Assembly: GCA_963422375.2 (NCBI GenBank)
Contig: OY729428.2
Coordinates: 3,040,001-3,104,000, forward strand
Origin: Bryobacterales bacterium
Lineage (GTDB): Bacteria > Acidobacteriota > Terriglobia > Bryobacterales > UBA6623
Direction of reading: 5' to 3'
DNA: 64,000 nt
The notes under the pieces are model-generated. The model was not told the DNA's origin. It was given only the letters and a program-made list of their open reading frames with translations, and did no database searches. Below are positions 24,101-33,880 of this stretch, one piece after another. The position numbers were made by a program, and so were the translations under genes. Positions within the stretch are counted from its first letter, which is position 1. Each line of letters starts with the position of its first letter.

Positions 24101-24700
24101 GTTGCGACGGATGAAGTTGTCCTGGATGTTGATGCCGTCGAGCGTCACGCTCGAGAACGAGGTCCGCTGGCCGTTGATCGTGGTGGGGGACGCGCCGCCG
24201 TAGGCGACGCCGGCCTGCAGGCTGACGAAGCTGAGGGGGTCCCGACCGATCAGCGGCAGGTCGGCGATTTGCTCGGAGGTGACGACGGAGGTGACCTCGG
24301 CGCTTGTCGTCTGCACCTGGCTGACGCCGCCCTCGACCACGATTACTTCCGAAGCCACGCCGAGTTCCAGCACGACCCGCGGCAGCGACGTCTCGCGAGC
24401 GACGTCGACCTTCAGGTGCTCGACGGTGTAGCTGCGGAAGCCGGGCGAGGAGATCTCGAGGGTGTACAGCCCCGCCGAAAGGGCCGGAGCGCTGAAGGCG
24501 CCAGCCGCGTTCGTCGCGAGAACCAAAGCCGCGCTCGTGGACTCGTTTCGAACTACAACCTCGGCCCCCGGCACGGCCGCCTCAGATGGATCCAGCACCG
24601 TTCCGGCCAAGCGGCCAGTGGCCCCTTGTCCCAGCGCCGCAGCAGCGAATTGCGCCATGAGCAGCAGCGTCGTGCAGGTAAGCCTCCAAGTCACGATCAA
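21137..24700 (-). CDS. TonB-dependent receptor with N-terminal carboxypeptidase-regulatory-like domain
   Basis: Signal peptide, G.LAGTVLDPS.A.VPGA, LP..GRD, NQFGGSIGGP, DRNNFAPNIG.AWD, C-terminal LRYEF. Confidence 0.92.
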   Translation of the reverse strand: MIVTWRLTCTTLLLMAQFAAAALGQGATGRLAGTVLDPSEAAVPGAEVVVRNESTSAALVLATNAAGAFSAPALSAGLYTLEISSPGFRSYTVEHLKVDVARETSLPRVVLELGVASEVIVVEGGVSQVQTTSAEVTSVVTSEQIADLPLIGRDPLSFVSLQAGVAYGGASPTTINGQRTSFSSVTLDGINIQDNFIRRNALDYLASRTLLDQVAEFAVTNQNGSPGIGGGASQVNFVTRSGGPEFHGNGYWHTRNDALAANPWFSNRQGLEKTKLKYNQFGGSIGGPAVRNRVFFYANYESLRDRRESLVNATLLTPDAAQGIFSYLDLDGTFRQVNVLDMQGLEADPEIAAILSRVPASSEINNYDVGDSSSERMLNTAGYRFQTRDDGDRHAVTTRGDWNITSGNALAVTYKYNEESNDRGDSGVGFHEAPPVRDVIHTDFLSVSWRTSPGPRWTNEARFGFNLAPGEFHNSAVPEDYQLRGLAFSNPTVNFAPQGRATDTYNYRDNVEAHLGRHTFRFGFDAQRVRVASFDNFGVLPAMTIGISAQSDYQLSGALFPGGIGPGDLGAAQGLLATIAGIISTAGQTFNVRDQNSGFVPGQSNRRNYSFDSFSGYFQDSLKLTPRFTLNLGVRWEYYGRVDEREGLMLLPVQEAGTVIDTILSDAKLDFAGGATGRPMWLPDRNNFAPNIGLAWDVFGDGGTSLRVGYSVNYVIDEAIQAAQNAATANSGLQGSRVMRNLDKFLRDGAVPVDLPDYAVPRRASDNQALDPASAVFAIDPNLRAPYVQQWHFGLQRDIGWDTVVEARYVGNKGTKLVRAFDYNQVVVRENGFLDDVIRARNNGLLSLDATGVFNPLHSPSLEGSQELTVFPLLPNGGFISLPIVQNLIRRGEVGALADIYILNDLVGDKLSFRRNQSAYVADLVTNYSNSSYHALQVEARRRAARGLQFQANYSFSKVLTDSSGTTVRFDPFLDIEQPWLERARATFDLNHVFNANAVWNLPFQTKDRLRQGWTISSILTWQSGSPFSLLSGRGTLNRRGRSAQNTASTALRKDQLDHIVRFRMTDDGPFMVGAGAINARDNSGVAIDGLEPFLGQAFFHPGPGEVGTLQRRLFSGPSVLALDFAVTKTTVVAEGHVIKAGARIENILNHPTFYTRSHSIGSTQFGRITSTLTGPRRIELLLRYEF

Positions 24701-24875
24701 AGCCCGATCTTAGCCAAAGTCTACAGGACGGTAGACCGGCCGACCCGGCAGATCCGGATCAAGCTGCGCTACCCGAGCGGGCCGGAGCGCGGCTCGGTTG
24801 CAGCTGCCCACCGGCACTCGCCGGAGACGCGGTCCTCTCCGTCCCGACAGTCTCGCCTAGGAAGGGCGGCCTGCG

Positions 24876-26417
24876 CTATCCGAACCCAAGCAACCTCGTG
24901 GCGAGCCAGTAAACCGCCAAGGGCACGAGAGCCAGGCCCACAAGGTCCAAAGCAATGCCTGCGCGTACCATGCGCGGAATGGTCACCCAGCCGCTTGAGA
25001 AAATGATCGCGTTGGGCGGGGTCGCCACCGGCATGGTGAAGGCGAACGAAGCCGTCACCGCCATCGGAATCAGCAGCAGGTACGGATGGACGTCCACTTG
25101 CCCGGCCATGGCCGCGAGGGCCGGCGCAAGCATCAGTACGGTGGTGACGTTGGAGGTGGTCTCGGTCATAGCGGTCGTCAGCAAGCAGACTGCAACCACC
25201 AGAATCCAGCCCGGCGCTCCCTCCATCATGCTCAGGCTGGTGCCGATCCACGCGGCTAGCCCGCTATCCGTGATGGTCGCTGCGAGCGCGAACCCGCCGC
25301 CCAGCAGGAACACGATGCCCCATGGGATTCCTCGGGCCGCGCCCTTCCAGTCCAGAATCCTTCCGCTGCCTCCGTCGGAACTGCCCGAGGGCAAGACGAA
25401 AAGAAGGAGTGCCATCGCAATCGACACGGTGGAGTCATGCACGTACCCCGGCACGGGGAGAAGCTGCGACCAGCCGGGGAGGTAGAAAGCTCCGAGTTCC
25501 AAGGGTGCTCGGAAAACCCAGAGGACGCCCGTGGCGACGCCGACTGCGAGGACACGCCGTTCGGGGACCGAGACCGCGCCCAAGGCGGCCAGCTCCTTGC
25601 GAATTACGCCCTGGCTCTCCGTGAATCGAATGGATGCCAAGGGGATCGATGCCCCGAACCGGCACAGGTACAGCCAAGTCAGCGGCACGAACACCCCCAC
25701 GATCGGCAGGCAGATCATCGACCACTGGGCGAATCCGATCGGCGGCTCCTCGGGAAACGCATCTGCGGCGAATCCGAGGAAGGCCACGGTCGTCGGGGAG
25801 CCCACGATGGTGCCGATGCCGCCGATGCTCGCAGCGTATGCGATGCCCAGCAGGAGAACGCTGCCGAACGTGTCCCGGGCGAGCCGCGACTGGTCGGCGC
25901 CGGCCGGCGAGCCGATCACTTCGGCCGACTCGGCCAGCTGGCCAACCACCGCCATTGCGACCGGAAGCAGCATCAGCGTGGTGGCTGTGTTCGAGATCCA
26001 CATCGACAGCGCGGCAGTGGTCACCATGAAACCGAGCATGATCGGCCGGGGCCGGGACCCGAAACGGGCGATCGTGCCTAGCGCGATGCGCCGATGCAGG
26101 TTCCACGATTCCATCGCGTGCGCGATGACGAACCCGCCAATGAACAGGAAGATGAGGTGGTTGGCGTAGTGCGCGGACACCTCCCGGCTCGAGGTGACAC
26201 CGAGCAGCGGGAGCACGGCGACCGGCAACAGACCGGTCACGCCGATATGCACCGCCTCGGTGATCCACCAAACGATCATCCAGACGGCCACGGCCGCCGT
26301 CTTGTGGGCACCCGCGCTCATGCCGTCGGGAGCGGGCAGCAGCAAGACGGCCGCAAAAGCCAGGAGCCCAGCGACGAGGCCAATCAATCGGCGGCGGGAG
26401 CCGCTCGTGCCTAGCAT
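24876..26417 (-). CDS. DASS/SLC13 anion (dicarboxylate/sulfate) symporter
   Basis: LHRRIAL, SMWISNTATT, AYAASIGGIGT, MPVATPPNA; many TM segments. Confidence 0.93.
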   Translation of the reverse strand: MLGTSGSRRRLIGLVAGLLAFAAVLLLPAPDGMSAGAHKTAAVAVWMIVWWITEAVHIGVTGLLPVAVLPLLGVTSSREVSAHYANHLIFLFIGGFVIAHAMESWNLHRRIALGTIARFGSRPRPIMLGFMVTTAALSMWISNTATTLMLLPVAMAVVGQLAESAEVIGSPAGADQSRLARDTFGSVLLLGIAYAASIGGIGTIVGSPTTVAFLGFAADAFPEEPPIGFAQWSMICLPIVGVFVPLTWLYLCRFGASIPLASIRFTESQGVIRKELAALGAVSVPERRVLAVGVATGVLWVFRAPLELGAFYLPGWSQLLPVPGYVHDSTVSIAMALLLFVLPSGSSDGGSGRILDWKGAARGIPWGIVFLLGGGFALAATITDSGLAAWIGTSLSMMEGAPGWILVVAVCLLTTAMTETTSNVTTVLMLAPALAAMAGQVDVHPYLLLIPMAVTASFAFTMPVATPPNAIIFSSGWVTIPRMVRAGIALDLVGLALVPLAVYWLATRLLGFG

Positions 26418-26487
26418 GAGGTGCGCGCCGGTCTTCCGAGCGCGTCCAAAGAGAGCGCCGGAAGCCGAGGGGAGGCTGAGCGGGACG

Positions 26488-26562
26488 TGGTAGCGCTACG
26501 GGGATTCGAACCCCGATTTGAGCCTTGAGAGGGCCCTGTCCTAACCCTTAGACGATAGCGCC
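26488..26562 (-). tRNA. tRNA-Glu(CTC)
   Basis: GGCGCTATCGTCTAAGGGTTAGGACA-GGGCC-CTCTCAA-GGCTC..GGTTCGAATCCCCGTAGCGCTACCA. Confidence 0.97.
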
Positions 26563-26745
26563 CCAGACATCTTAATGATAGCACGCTCAGATCTTGGGTC
26601 AGCGAATTCCATTCGAACCGAAGGCTCGGCCTCGAGACCACGGACAGCCGGCCTCCGACGTACTCGGCCCATGGTTCCGACGGGTTTGGCAGGAGCTGAG
26701 TCGGGGACATCGGCGGCCATCCTCCAATGCCGGCCGAAAGTCGTA

Positions 26746-27778
26746 CCTGATTACCCACAAGACCCAGCCAAGGCTAGGAGGCGGTAAGGCATGGGCGGGG
26801 TGCGCACGGAGGCGTGGAGCAGGCGGGGGACCAGCGCCTCGAGATCGTAGCGGCGGTTGAAGCGGTAGCGGAACTCGGCGAGGTACCGCGGCAGGTGCTT
26901 GCCGTCGAACGAATGGCAGGTTCCCGCCAGGGACCGCTTGACGTTCCCCAGCATCGTGCTGACCCGGACGAAGCGGGAATCCGCGCAGCTCCGCTGCCCG
27001 CCTCCGGTGACGGTCGGCACGTGCTCGCAGCCGGCGTCGGCCACGCCCCGGAAGCAGGCCGGGCCGTCGGAATGCACCTCCGTGCCGGGCTGCAAGTGCC
27101 GCCCGGCCCACGCTGCCAGCGTCTTCTTGCGGAAGCCCGCCACGCCGCTCAGGCGCATCCTGTCCGGCTTGCCGTCGGCGCTGACCTGCACGGCGGCCAC
27201 GAACGGCGTCTTGCCCGCCGCGCCGCGACCGCGCTTGCCGCCGGTCCGCTCCCCGCCCCGGTAGGCGTCGTCCACTTGCACGATGCCGCCCGGCGGCGCG
27301 CGCTCGTCGCGCTCCTTCATCACTTGCAGGAGCTTGTGCTTCACCTTCCAAGCCGTGTTCCGGCTCACGCCCGGCTGCCGCGCCAGTTCCAGCGACGAAA
27401 CGCCGTGCTTGCCCTGCGTCAGCAGGTGGAGCGCCAGCAACCGGACGGTCAGCGGCAGCTGGGTGGCGGCGAAGATCGTGCCGGCGACGAGGGAGCTCCG
27501 GCGGTGGCAGGCATGGCACTGCCAGAGCTTGCGGGAGCGGCTGCGGCAGTGCCGGCGGGAGCCGCACTCCGGGCAGCGGAAGCCGTCCGGCCAGCGGGCG
27601 TTGCAGACGGCCTGCTCGCATGGCCCCTCGCTGCCGTAGCGCTGCAGGAACTTGCCCGGGCTGAGTCCCTTCTGGCATTGCACGCGATTGCGTTTCAGCT
27701 GCTAGCCCCTTTCCTATCAGAGATTTCCGACCTCCTTCAGTATAGCATATCCTCGGCTGACGTTCGTTGGTAATCAGG
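26746..27778 (-). mobile_element. IS1595-group element (copy A2), no matching TSD
   Basis: Same cctgattacc TIRs as A1; 1033 bp; flanks aagtcgta / attgattt differ. Confidence 0.93.
26751..27698 (-). CDS. IS1595 transposase; open frame but start ATG replaced by CTG
   Basis: Close homologue of A1; A1 has gctgATGaaacgc, A2 has gcagCTGaaacgc. Confidence 0.8.
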   Translation of the reverse strand: MKRNRVQCQKGLSPGKFLQRYGSEGPCEQAVCNARWPDGFRCPECGSRRHCRSRSRKLWQCHACHRRSSLVAGTIFAATQLPLTVRLLALHLLTQGKHGVSSLELARQPGVSRNTAWKVKHKLLQVMKERDERAPPGGIVQVDDAYRGGERTGGKRGRGAAGKTPFVAAVQVSADGKPDRMRLSGVAGFRKKTLAAWAGRHLQPGTEVHSDGPACFRGVADAGCEHVPTVTGGGQRSCADSRFVRVSTMLGNVKRSLAGTCHSFDGKHLPRYLAEFRYRFNRRYDLEALVPRLLHASVRTPPMPYRLLALAGSCG

Positions 27779-28197
27779 ATTGATTTTGTAGTCCAATATA
27801 TCTCTGGACTTGTCACAACAAACCGGCATTTCAGTAGGGCGATTCGAACACCTCTTGCCGGCATTTGTTGAGTTGAGGCGATTTGCCTAATTCCAGTGAA
27901 CCCTCTGCATCGCAGCAGTCACACACTCGATGCTATGCTGAGGTCTCGTCACACCCGGCTTCGCCGCAGCAGGAGTCAGCGAAACGACGGGACGATCATG
28001 AATCCCTCCCGGCGAGTGGGACCGTGGCAGATCGCTTGGCCGACGGCTACTCGTTCAGGTTAGAGTCCATAGGGAGAGAGGCAGCAGCATTCGATCCGCT
28101 CTGCCGGCGGGCGTGCCGGGATCGGCCGGTTCAGCCGAAACGGCCGCGCCCGAGTTACCGGGATAATGGGAGAGGATCCGGTCACGGTCGGCTAGGC

Positions 28198-30540
28198 GTG
28201 CAGACCATTCATCGATATGTCTTCCGCGAGTTGGCCGTCGCGTCGCTGGTCGGAACGCTTCTATTCACGCTGGTCCTATTCCTGCAGCGTGTCGGACCGG
28301 TCATGGAGCTTCTCGTCGGGCGAGGGGCGCCGGCCATGGAGATGCTGCGGCTGCTTCTCCTCTCGGTGCCGCAAGTGCTTCCGTTCACTGTCCCGATGGG
28401 GTCGCTGGCAGGCACCCTGGCCGGGCTGGGCAGGCTTTCGAGCGACAACGAAGTTCTAGCGACGGTCGCTTCGGGAATCCCGGCGCGGTCGCTTCTGCGC
28501 CCGGCGGCGCTGGTCGCGGCTCTAGGCTTCGCCGCCTGCGCCACCGCCACGCTCTGGCTGAGTCCTTGGTCGTTGCGACAGCAGGTCCGCATCGCCGAGT
28601 CCCTGCGGATCCAGCTGGCAGGCTCCGACGTCTTGCCTCGGGTGTTCGTAGAGGACTTCCCGGACCACGTGCTCTGGGTACAGGACGTGCCGCCCAGCAC
28701 GGGGCTGCACTGGAAGGGCATCTTCATGGCCGACATGCGACCTCCGGTCGCGAGAGGCTCGATCAGCGGTTTCAACGCGGCGGTCGACGGCCCGCGCATC
28801 ACCCTGGCATCCGAAGCGTTCGTCCTCCCGCGACCCGAGCAGAACCGCATCCAAGTCCGGTTTCCCCTCACCACGACCTACGAACAGTCGAGCGATCCCG
28901 CGCAGTACCTTGCGTTCCGCTCCCAAAGCGCCGACCAAGTGCTCCAAGCGAGACCGCGACGGTTCGATCCGCGTGCGAAGGGCTACGACACGATGGAAAC
29001 GGCAGCCTTGGCACGGGAGGCGACATCCGACGGGAAGCCCGAGGCGGCCGTCGTGATGCACGACCGGCTCGCCCTGCCCTTCGCCTGCTGGGTGCTGCCG
29101 CTGGCGGGATTCCCTCTCGCAATCTCGACGCGCCGATCCGGCCGCTCGGCGGGCGTGCTCATCGCGATGGCCCTCTGCTTCGGGTACTGGATGGTCACGC
29201 TGGCCGGAACGGCCCTCGCTAAACAGTCGCTCGCGCCGCCGGGGACGACCAGCTGGCTCGCCAACGGCGCGTTCGCCGTCGTCGGATTCCTGCTCATGCG
29301 CCGGGTCGACTGTCCCGCGAGCGGCGACTGGCAGGCGGCGATGAGCGCTCGGCTCTCCCGGACCTTCCAGCCGCTAGCGCGACTCTCGAATCTGCGCCGC
29401 AACCAAGGCAGGGAGGCGAGCACCGAGCTGATGCTCCGCCCGATCGAAGTCCTCGTGCCTGTCGTGGACAGGTACGTGCTCCGCACGTACCTGTTCTACC
29501 TGCTGGTATTCATTTTCGTATTCGTTGCGATCTGGCACGTATTCAGCTTCTTCGAGCTGCTCAATGACATCCTGACCCGCGACAAGGCGGGCAGCTTCGT
29601 GGCCTACCTCTACTTCCTGACGCCTTTTCTTGTCTACAACACCGCCCCGCTGGCTGTTCTGGTAGCCACACTCGTGTGCTTCGGGCTGCTCGCGAGGCAG
29701 CACGAGCTCACCGCCTTTCGCGCCTGCGGCGTGAGCCTGTACCGCCTCTCCGTCCCCATCCTAGTTGTCGCGGCCGCGCTAGGGGGCGCGCTCTTCGCCA
29801 TGGAAGAGTCCTTCCTGCCCGAAGCCAACCGACGCCAAGACGCCTTGCGGGACGACATCAAGGGACGTCCCCCACGAACCTACCTGCGACCCGACCGCCA
29901 ATGGACCTTCGGCCTGCAAGACCGGATCTTTTACCATCGCGCGTTCGACTCCGGCAGCCGGACGTTCTCCGGGATCAGCGTCTACGACCTGCGGACCGAC
30001 CCGTTCGAGCTGAGCCGACAGATCCAAGCGGAACGAGCTCGATGGGACACCGACAGGGGCATCTGGGTGTTCGAGAACGGCTGGGTCCGAGCCTTCGACG
30101 GGATCAAGACGACGGGATTCGAGACGTTCGAGTCGCGCGCCTTCCCGAACATCACGGAGTCACCGGACTATTTCCTGAAGCGCGACCGTCACGATCAGCA
30201 GATGGATCTGGGCCAGCTCCGGGCCTACATTCTCGACCTCACGCAGAGCGGATTCGACACAGTCCGGCTTCAGGTGCGCCTCCACAAGAAGATCGCATTC
30301 CCCTTCTTCGCCTTCTCGATGGCCCTGGTCGCGATTCCATTCGCAATGCGGACGGGCGGCCGCAGCAGCATGTGGCCGGTCTGCTTCGGGCTGGGACTGA
30401 CGGTCGCCTACTACGCGACGAACGCGCTCGCCGAGCAGCTGGGACGCTCCGGACAGCTGCAGCCGCCGGTAGCGGCCTGGGCGCCGTGCATCCTGTTCGC
30501 GATCGGCGGGACCTACCTCATGCTGCGCGTGAGGACCTGA
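28198..30540 (+). CDS. lptF/lptG: Fused LptF-LptG LPS export permease
   Basis: Two tandem YjgP/YjgQ units: IHRYVFREL..GRLSSDNE and VDRYVLR..ELTAFRACGVSLYR; GTG start at 28198 preferred. Confidence 0.9.
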   Translation: MQTIHRYVFRELAVASLVGTLLFTLVLFLQRVGPVMELLVGRGAPAMEMLRLLLLSVPQVLPFTVPMGSLAGTLAGLGRLSSDNEVLATVASGIPARSLLRPAALVAALGFAACATATLWLSPWSLRQQVRIAESLRIQLAGSDVLPRVFVEDFPDHVLWVQDVPPSTGLHWKGIFMADMRPPVARGSISGFNAAVDGPRITLASEAFVLPRPEQNRIQVRFPLTTTYEQSSDPAQYLAFRSQSADQVLQARPRRFDPRAKGYDTMETAALAREATSDGKPEAAVVMHDRLALPFACWVLPLAGFPLAISTRRSGRSAGVLIAMALCFGYWMVTLAGTALAKQSLAPPGTTSWLANGAFAVVGFLLMRRVDCPASGDWQAAMSARLSRTFQPLARLSNLRRNQGREASTELMLRPIEVLVPVVDRYVLRTYLFYLLVFIFVFVAIWHVFSFFELLNDILTRDKAGSFVAYLYFLTPFLVYNTAPLAVLVATLVCFGLLARQHELTAFRACGVSLYRLSVPILVVAAALGGALFAMEESFLPEANRRQDALRDDIKGRPPRTYLRPDRQWTFGLQDRIFYHRAFDSGSRTFSGISVYDLRTDPFELSRQIQAERARWDTDRGIWVFENGWVRAFDGIKTTGFETFESRAFPNITESPDYFLKRDRHDQQMDLGQLRAYILDLTQSGFDTVRLQVRLHKKIAFPFFAFSMALVAIPFAMRTGGRSSMWPVCFGLGLTVAYYATNALAEQLGRSGQLQPPVAAWAPCILFAIGGTYLMLRVRT

Positions 30541-30560
30541 GATTCCGACCGGCGCAGCGG

Positions 30561-31715
30561 TCAGCCAGCAGGGACGAAGCGGACGCACATCGGGTTCGGC
30601 ACCGATACCGCCCCGCCGGTCGGCGCGATCCGCCCGCTGCGAGGATCGACGCTGAACACGCGCACCTCGTCTGAGCGCTGGTTGGCCACGAGCAGGAAGC
30701 GGCCGTCGGGCGCGAGACGGAAGTTCCGCGGCCAGTCCCCGTCCGTCGAAACGCGTTCGACCGTCTCGAGGCGTCCGTCCGAACCATCGATCACGAACAC
30801 CGCGATCGTGTTGCTGCCCCGATTCGAGCCGTACAGGAACCGACCGTTCGGGTGAACGAGCACCTCGGCCGTGGTGTTGGCCGGCCCCCCGTAGCCCTCC
30901 GGCAAGGTGCTGACACTCTCGACGGGCTCCAGCGCCCCGGTAGGCCCGTCGTATTGGAGCAGCGTGACATTGGAGGCCAGTTCGTTGATGACGTAGGCCC
31001 ACTGTCCGTTGGGGTGGAACGTCATGTGGCGGGGACCGGAACCGGGTTCCATCCTGACCTGCGGATCGGGCGTCCGCTCCAGTGCAGCCGTCCCGTCATC
31101 GATTGCGTATGCGATGAGCTCGTCGGTGCCCAAGTCCGGCACGATCACGAACCGGCCGTCCGGGGTGAAGTTGGCGGAGTGGGGGTGCGGCGCTTGCTGT
31201 CTCGTCGGATGCACGCTCGAGCCCGCGTGCGGGACGTCGGAAACGAGCGATCCCAAGCTGCCGTCGGGCCGGAGCGTCAGGGAAACCGTGTTGCCGTCGC
31301 CGTAGTTCACTGCCGCGAGCGCGGTCGCGGCCGGGTTGACCGCCACGTGCGATGCACCCCGGCCGGCGGTCGCAGCTCGGTTCAGCTCGTGCAGGTCGCC
31401 TGTCGCGCTGTCGAGGGCGAAGGCGGCCGCGACTCCCTGCGGGGCAGCCCCGGGCCGTGCCTCGCGCCCGACGGCGTACAGGATTCCGCCGTCCGGATGG
31501 ATCGCGAGAAAGCCCGGGCGCTGGATCGCCGCAGCCTCCCGCGGCGGGTCCAAGCGGCCGCTCCGCACGTCGAAGGCGGAGACGTAGACGTGGCTCGCGC
31601 CGGTGCCGAAGTAGACCCAGTGCTTCATCGGAGCGGCCTCCTGGGAGCAGCCGAGCAGCAGGCCGCCGCCCAGAACGGAAACCCCGGCCGCGTGCCGGGC
31701 GTCGATTCGCACCAC
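30561..31715 (-). CDS. pgl: Lactonase family (6-phosphogluconolactonase-like), probable lipoprotein
   Basis: RQQAPHPH, DLGTD, GSGPRH, INEL, SNRG, PRNF, ANQRS; LLGC lipobox-like. Confidence 0.88.
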   Translation of the reverse strand: MVRIDARHAAGVSVLGGGLLLGCSQEAAPMKHWVYFGTGASHVYVSAFDVRSGRLDPPREAAAIQRPGFLAIHPDGGILYAVGREARPGAAPQGVAAAFALDSATGDLHELNRAATAGRGASHVAVNPAATALAAVNYGDGNTVSLTLRPDGSLGSLVSDVPHAGSSVHPTRQQAPHPHSANFTPDGRFVIVPDLGTDELIAYAIDDGTAALERTPDPQVRMEPGSGPRHMTFHPNGQWAYVINELASNVTLLQYDGPTGALEPVESVSTLPEGYGGPANTTAEVLVHPNGRFLYGSNRGSNTIAVFVIDGSDGRLETVERVSTDGDWPRNFRLAPDGRFLLVANQRSDEVRVFSVDPRSGRIAPTGGAVSVPNPMCVRFVPAG

Positions 31716-31743
31716 AATACCCTCCTCTGCTCGGGACCAGCGG

Positions 31744-33366
31744 CTACTCCGGCAGCCCGAACGTGAAGACCGCGTGGCCAGCAGCTATCGTGACCAACTG
31801 CCTGCCGTTGACCGCGTAGGTAATCGGGGACGCGGCGATCTGCCCGCCTAGGTACCGATCCCAGAGCCGCTTGCCGCTGGCGGCGTCGAGCGCGTAGAAG
31901 TATCCCTCCCTGCTACCGGAGAACAGCACGTTGCTGGCAGTGGTCAGCAGGCCGGAGTCGCTCACGTCGGTCATCGAGAACTCCCATACCCGCTCTCCCG
32001 ACAGCGGGTCGAGGGCGCGAACCGCGCCGTACCCGTCCTCCTGCGTGTAGTTCATGAATCGCCGCCGGGTGGTCGCGGACACAGGGCTCTTGGGCGTTCC
32101 CCCTAGGTAGCGGGTGCCGGGCTCGTACTCCTGGTCCCACTTGAAGTAGACCGAGTAGTAGCCCTCCCAAACCGGCAGATAGAAGAGCCTGGTGAGCGGG
32201 CTGAACGACGGGGCGTACCAATTCGTCCCGCCCTGCACGCCGGGCCAGGTCTTGGTGCCTTCGCGGCTGGGGCCCCGGCCGGGGATCTTCACCGGGCGGC
32301 CGTCCTCGTCCAAGCCTGCCGCCCAGGTCTGCTTCACGAAGGGCTTGCCGAGCAGGAACTCGCCAGTCTCCCTGTCCAGGACGTAGAAGAACCCGTTGCG
32401 ATTGGCCCAGAGCATCAGCTTGCGCAGCTCGCCCTCCCACTCGAGGTCGGCCAGCACGGGGATTTGCACCGCATCCCAGTCCCACTCGTCGTGCGGCGTG
32501 AACTGGAAGTGCCAGCGCAGCTCGCCGGTGTCAGGATCGACGGCGACGACGGAATCGGTGTACAGGTTGTCGCCGGGGCGCACGTCGGGATTCCAGTCGG
32601 GCGACGGGTTCCCCACGCCCCAGTAGGTCAGGTTCAGCTCGGGGTCGTAGGATCCGGTCAGCCAGATCGAGCCGCCGCCGGTCTTCCAGGCGTCGTTCTC
32701 CCATGTCTCGTGCCCGGGCTGGCCCGGACCGGGAATCGTGTAGAACCTCCACTCCTCCTCGCCTGTGTCAGCGTCGTAGGCCGCTAGGTACCCGCGGATG
32801 CCGAACTCCCCGCCGGCGGTTCCGACGATGACCTTGTCCCGCACGATCAGGGGCGCGACCGTGAGGGAGTAGCCCTTCTCGTAGTCCTCGACCACGACGG
32901 TCTCCCAGACCCTGTCGCCGGTCTTGGCGTCCACGGCCACGAGCTTCGCGTCGAGGGTGCCCCAGTAAAGGGTCTCCCCTCGGATCGCGGCGCCGCGATT
33001 GACGCGTCCGCAACAGGGATAGATGCGGCTGGGCAGCTCGTGCTCGTAGACCCAGTACTCGCGCCCGCTGGCCGGATCCAAGGCCACGAGCTTGTTCGGC
33101 GGCTCGGTCAGGTACATCAACCCGTCGACAACCAAGGGCGTCGTCTGGAACTTGTCGGTGGAAGCAGCCTGGTAGACCCACTCGAGCTCCAGGTCGCCGA
33201 CATTGGAGCGGTCGATTCCCTTCAATTGACTGTAGTGCTGGCTCATGTAGGTGCCGTTGTAGGTCAGCCAGTTGTGCGGTTCGGAAGCCGCTTGCTCGAG
33301 GCGCCGCTGGTCGACCTGGGCAGATAGCCCGAGCGCGGCGACCGACGCCAGAATCACGAGACGCAT
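31744..33366 (-). CDS. PQQ-dependent dehydrogenase (alcohol dehydrogenase-like)
   Basis: WLTY.G, TTPLVVDG, PCCGRVNRG, GGEFGIRG, RPGDNLYT, TPHDEWDWD, NRNGFFYVLDR. Confidence 0.93.
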   Translation of the reverse strand: MRLVILASVAALGLSAQVDQRRLEQAASEPHNWLTYNGTYMSQHYSQLKGIDRSNVGDLELEWVYQAASTDKFQTTPLVVDGLMYLTEPPNKLVALDPASGREYWVYEHELPSRIYPCCGRVNRGAAIRGETLYWGTLDAKLVAVDAKTGDRVWETVVVEDYEKGYSLTVAPLIVRDKVIVGTAGGEFGIRGYLAAYDADTGEEEWRFYTIPGPGQPGHETWENDAWKTGGGSIWLTGSYDPELNLTYWGVGNPSPDWNPDVRPGDNLYTDSVVAVDPDTGELRWHFQFTPHDEWDWDAVQIPVLADLEWEGELRKLMLWANRNGFFYVLDRETGEFLLGKPFVKQTWAAGLDEDGRPVKIPGRGPSREGTKTWPGVQGGTNWYAPSFSPLTRLFYLPVWEGYYSVYFKWDQEYEPGTRYLGGTPKSPVSATTRRRFMNYTQEDGYGAVRALDPLSGERVWEFSMTDVSDSGLLTTASNVLFSGSREGYFYALDAASGKRLWDRYLGGQIAASPITYAVNGRQLVTIAAGHAVFTFGLPE

Positions 33367-33419
33367 GGGACTAGCATACTCACGGCGCGTCGCCGGCCCG
33401 CCGGTACAATAGATCCTCT

Positions 33420-33869
33420 GTGCGCGCGGTGGTCCAGCGCGTTAGTTCGGCGGAGGTGCGCGTCGGCGGCGAGTCCACGGGCCGGATCGGTCCGGGCTTG
33501 GTGGTGCTGCTGGGCGTCGGCCGGGGCGACACGTCCAAGGACGCTGCCTACTTGGCGGCCAAGACAGCCGGACTTCGAGTGTTCGAGGGTGCCGACGGCA
33601 GGATGACGCTTTCTGTCAGGGACGTGGGCGGCGCGGTCTTGGCCGTCCCGCAGTTCACGCTGTTCGGAGACGTGCGCCGGGGCATGCGCCCGAGTTTCGA
33701 CCGAGCCGCGGGCCCGGAACTCGCGGAGTCGCTCTACGAGGAGTACGTGGCGCTGCTCCGGGCGGAGGGGCTGGAGGTCGCTACGGGAGTGTTTCGGACC
33801 ACGATGCGGGTCAAGCTAGCGAACGAGGGGCCCGTGACGATCCTGCTCGACTCGACAAAGCTGCTCTGA
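33420..33869 (+). CDS. dtd: D-aminoacyl-tRNA deacylase
   Basis: MRAVVQRV, QFTL, RPSF, NEGPVT. Confidence 0.96.
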   Translation: MRAVVQRVSSAEVRVGGESTGRIGPGLVVLLGVGRGDTSKDAAYLAAKTAGLRVFEGADGRMTLSVRDVGGAVLAVPQFTLFGDVRRGMRPSFDRAAGPELAESLYEEYVALLRAEGLEVATGVFRTTMRVKLANEGPVTILLDSTKLL

Positions 33870-33880
33870 CAGGCGAGAGG

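Noticed and set aside
27790..27810. Inverted repeat agtcca-N9-tggact as an operator
   Set aside because: Only 6 bp, single copy, no adjacent regulator or intact gene
27883..28197. 105-aa N-terminal extension of LptF-LptG
   Set aside because: Family similarity begins at IHRYVFREL; the extension is low-complexity readthrough
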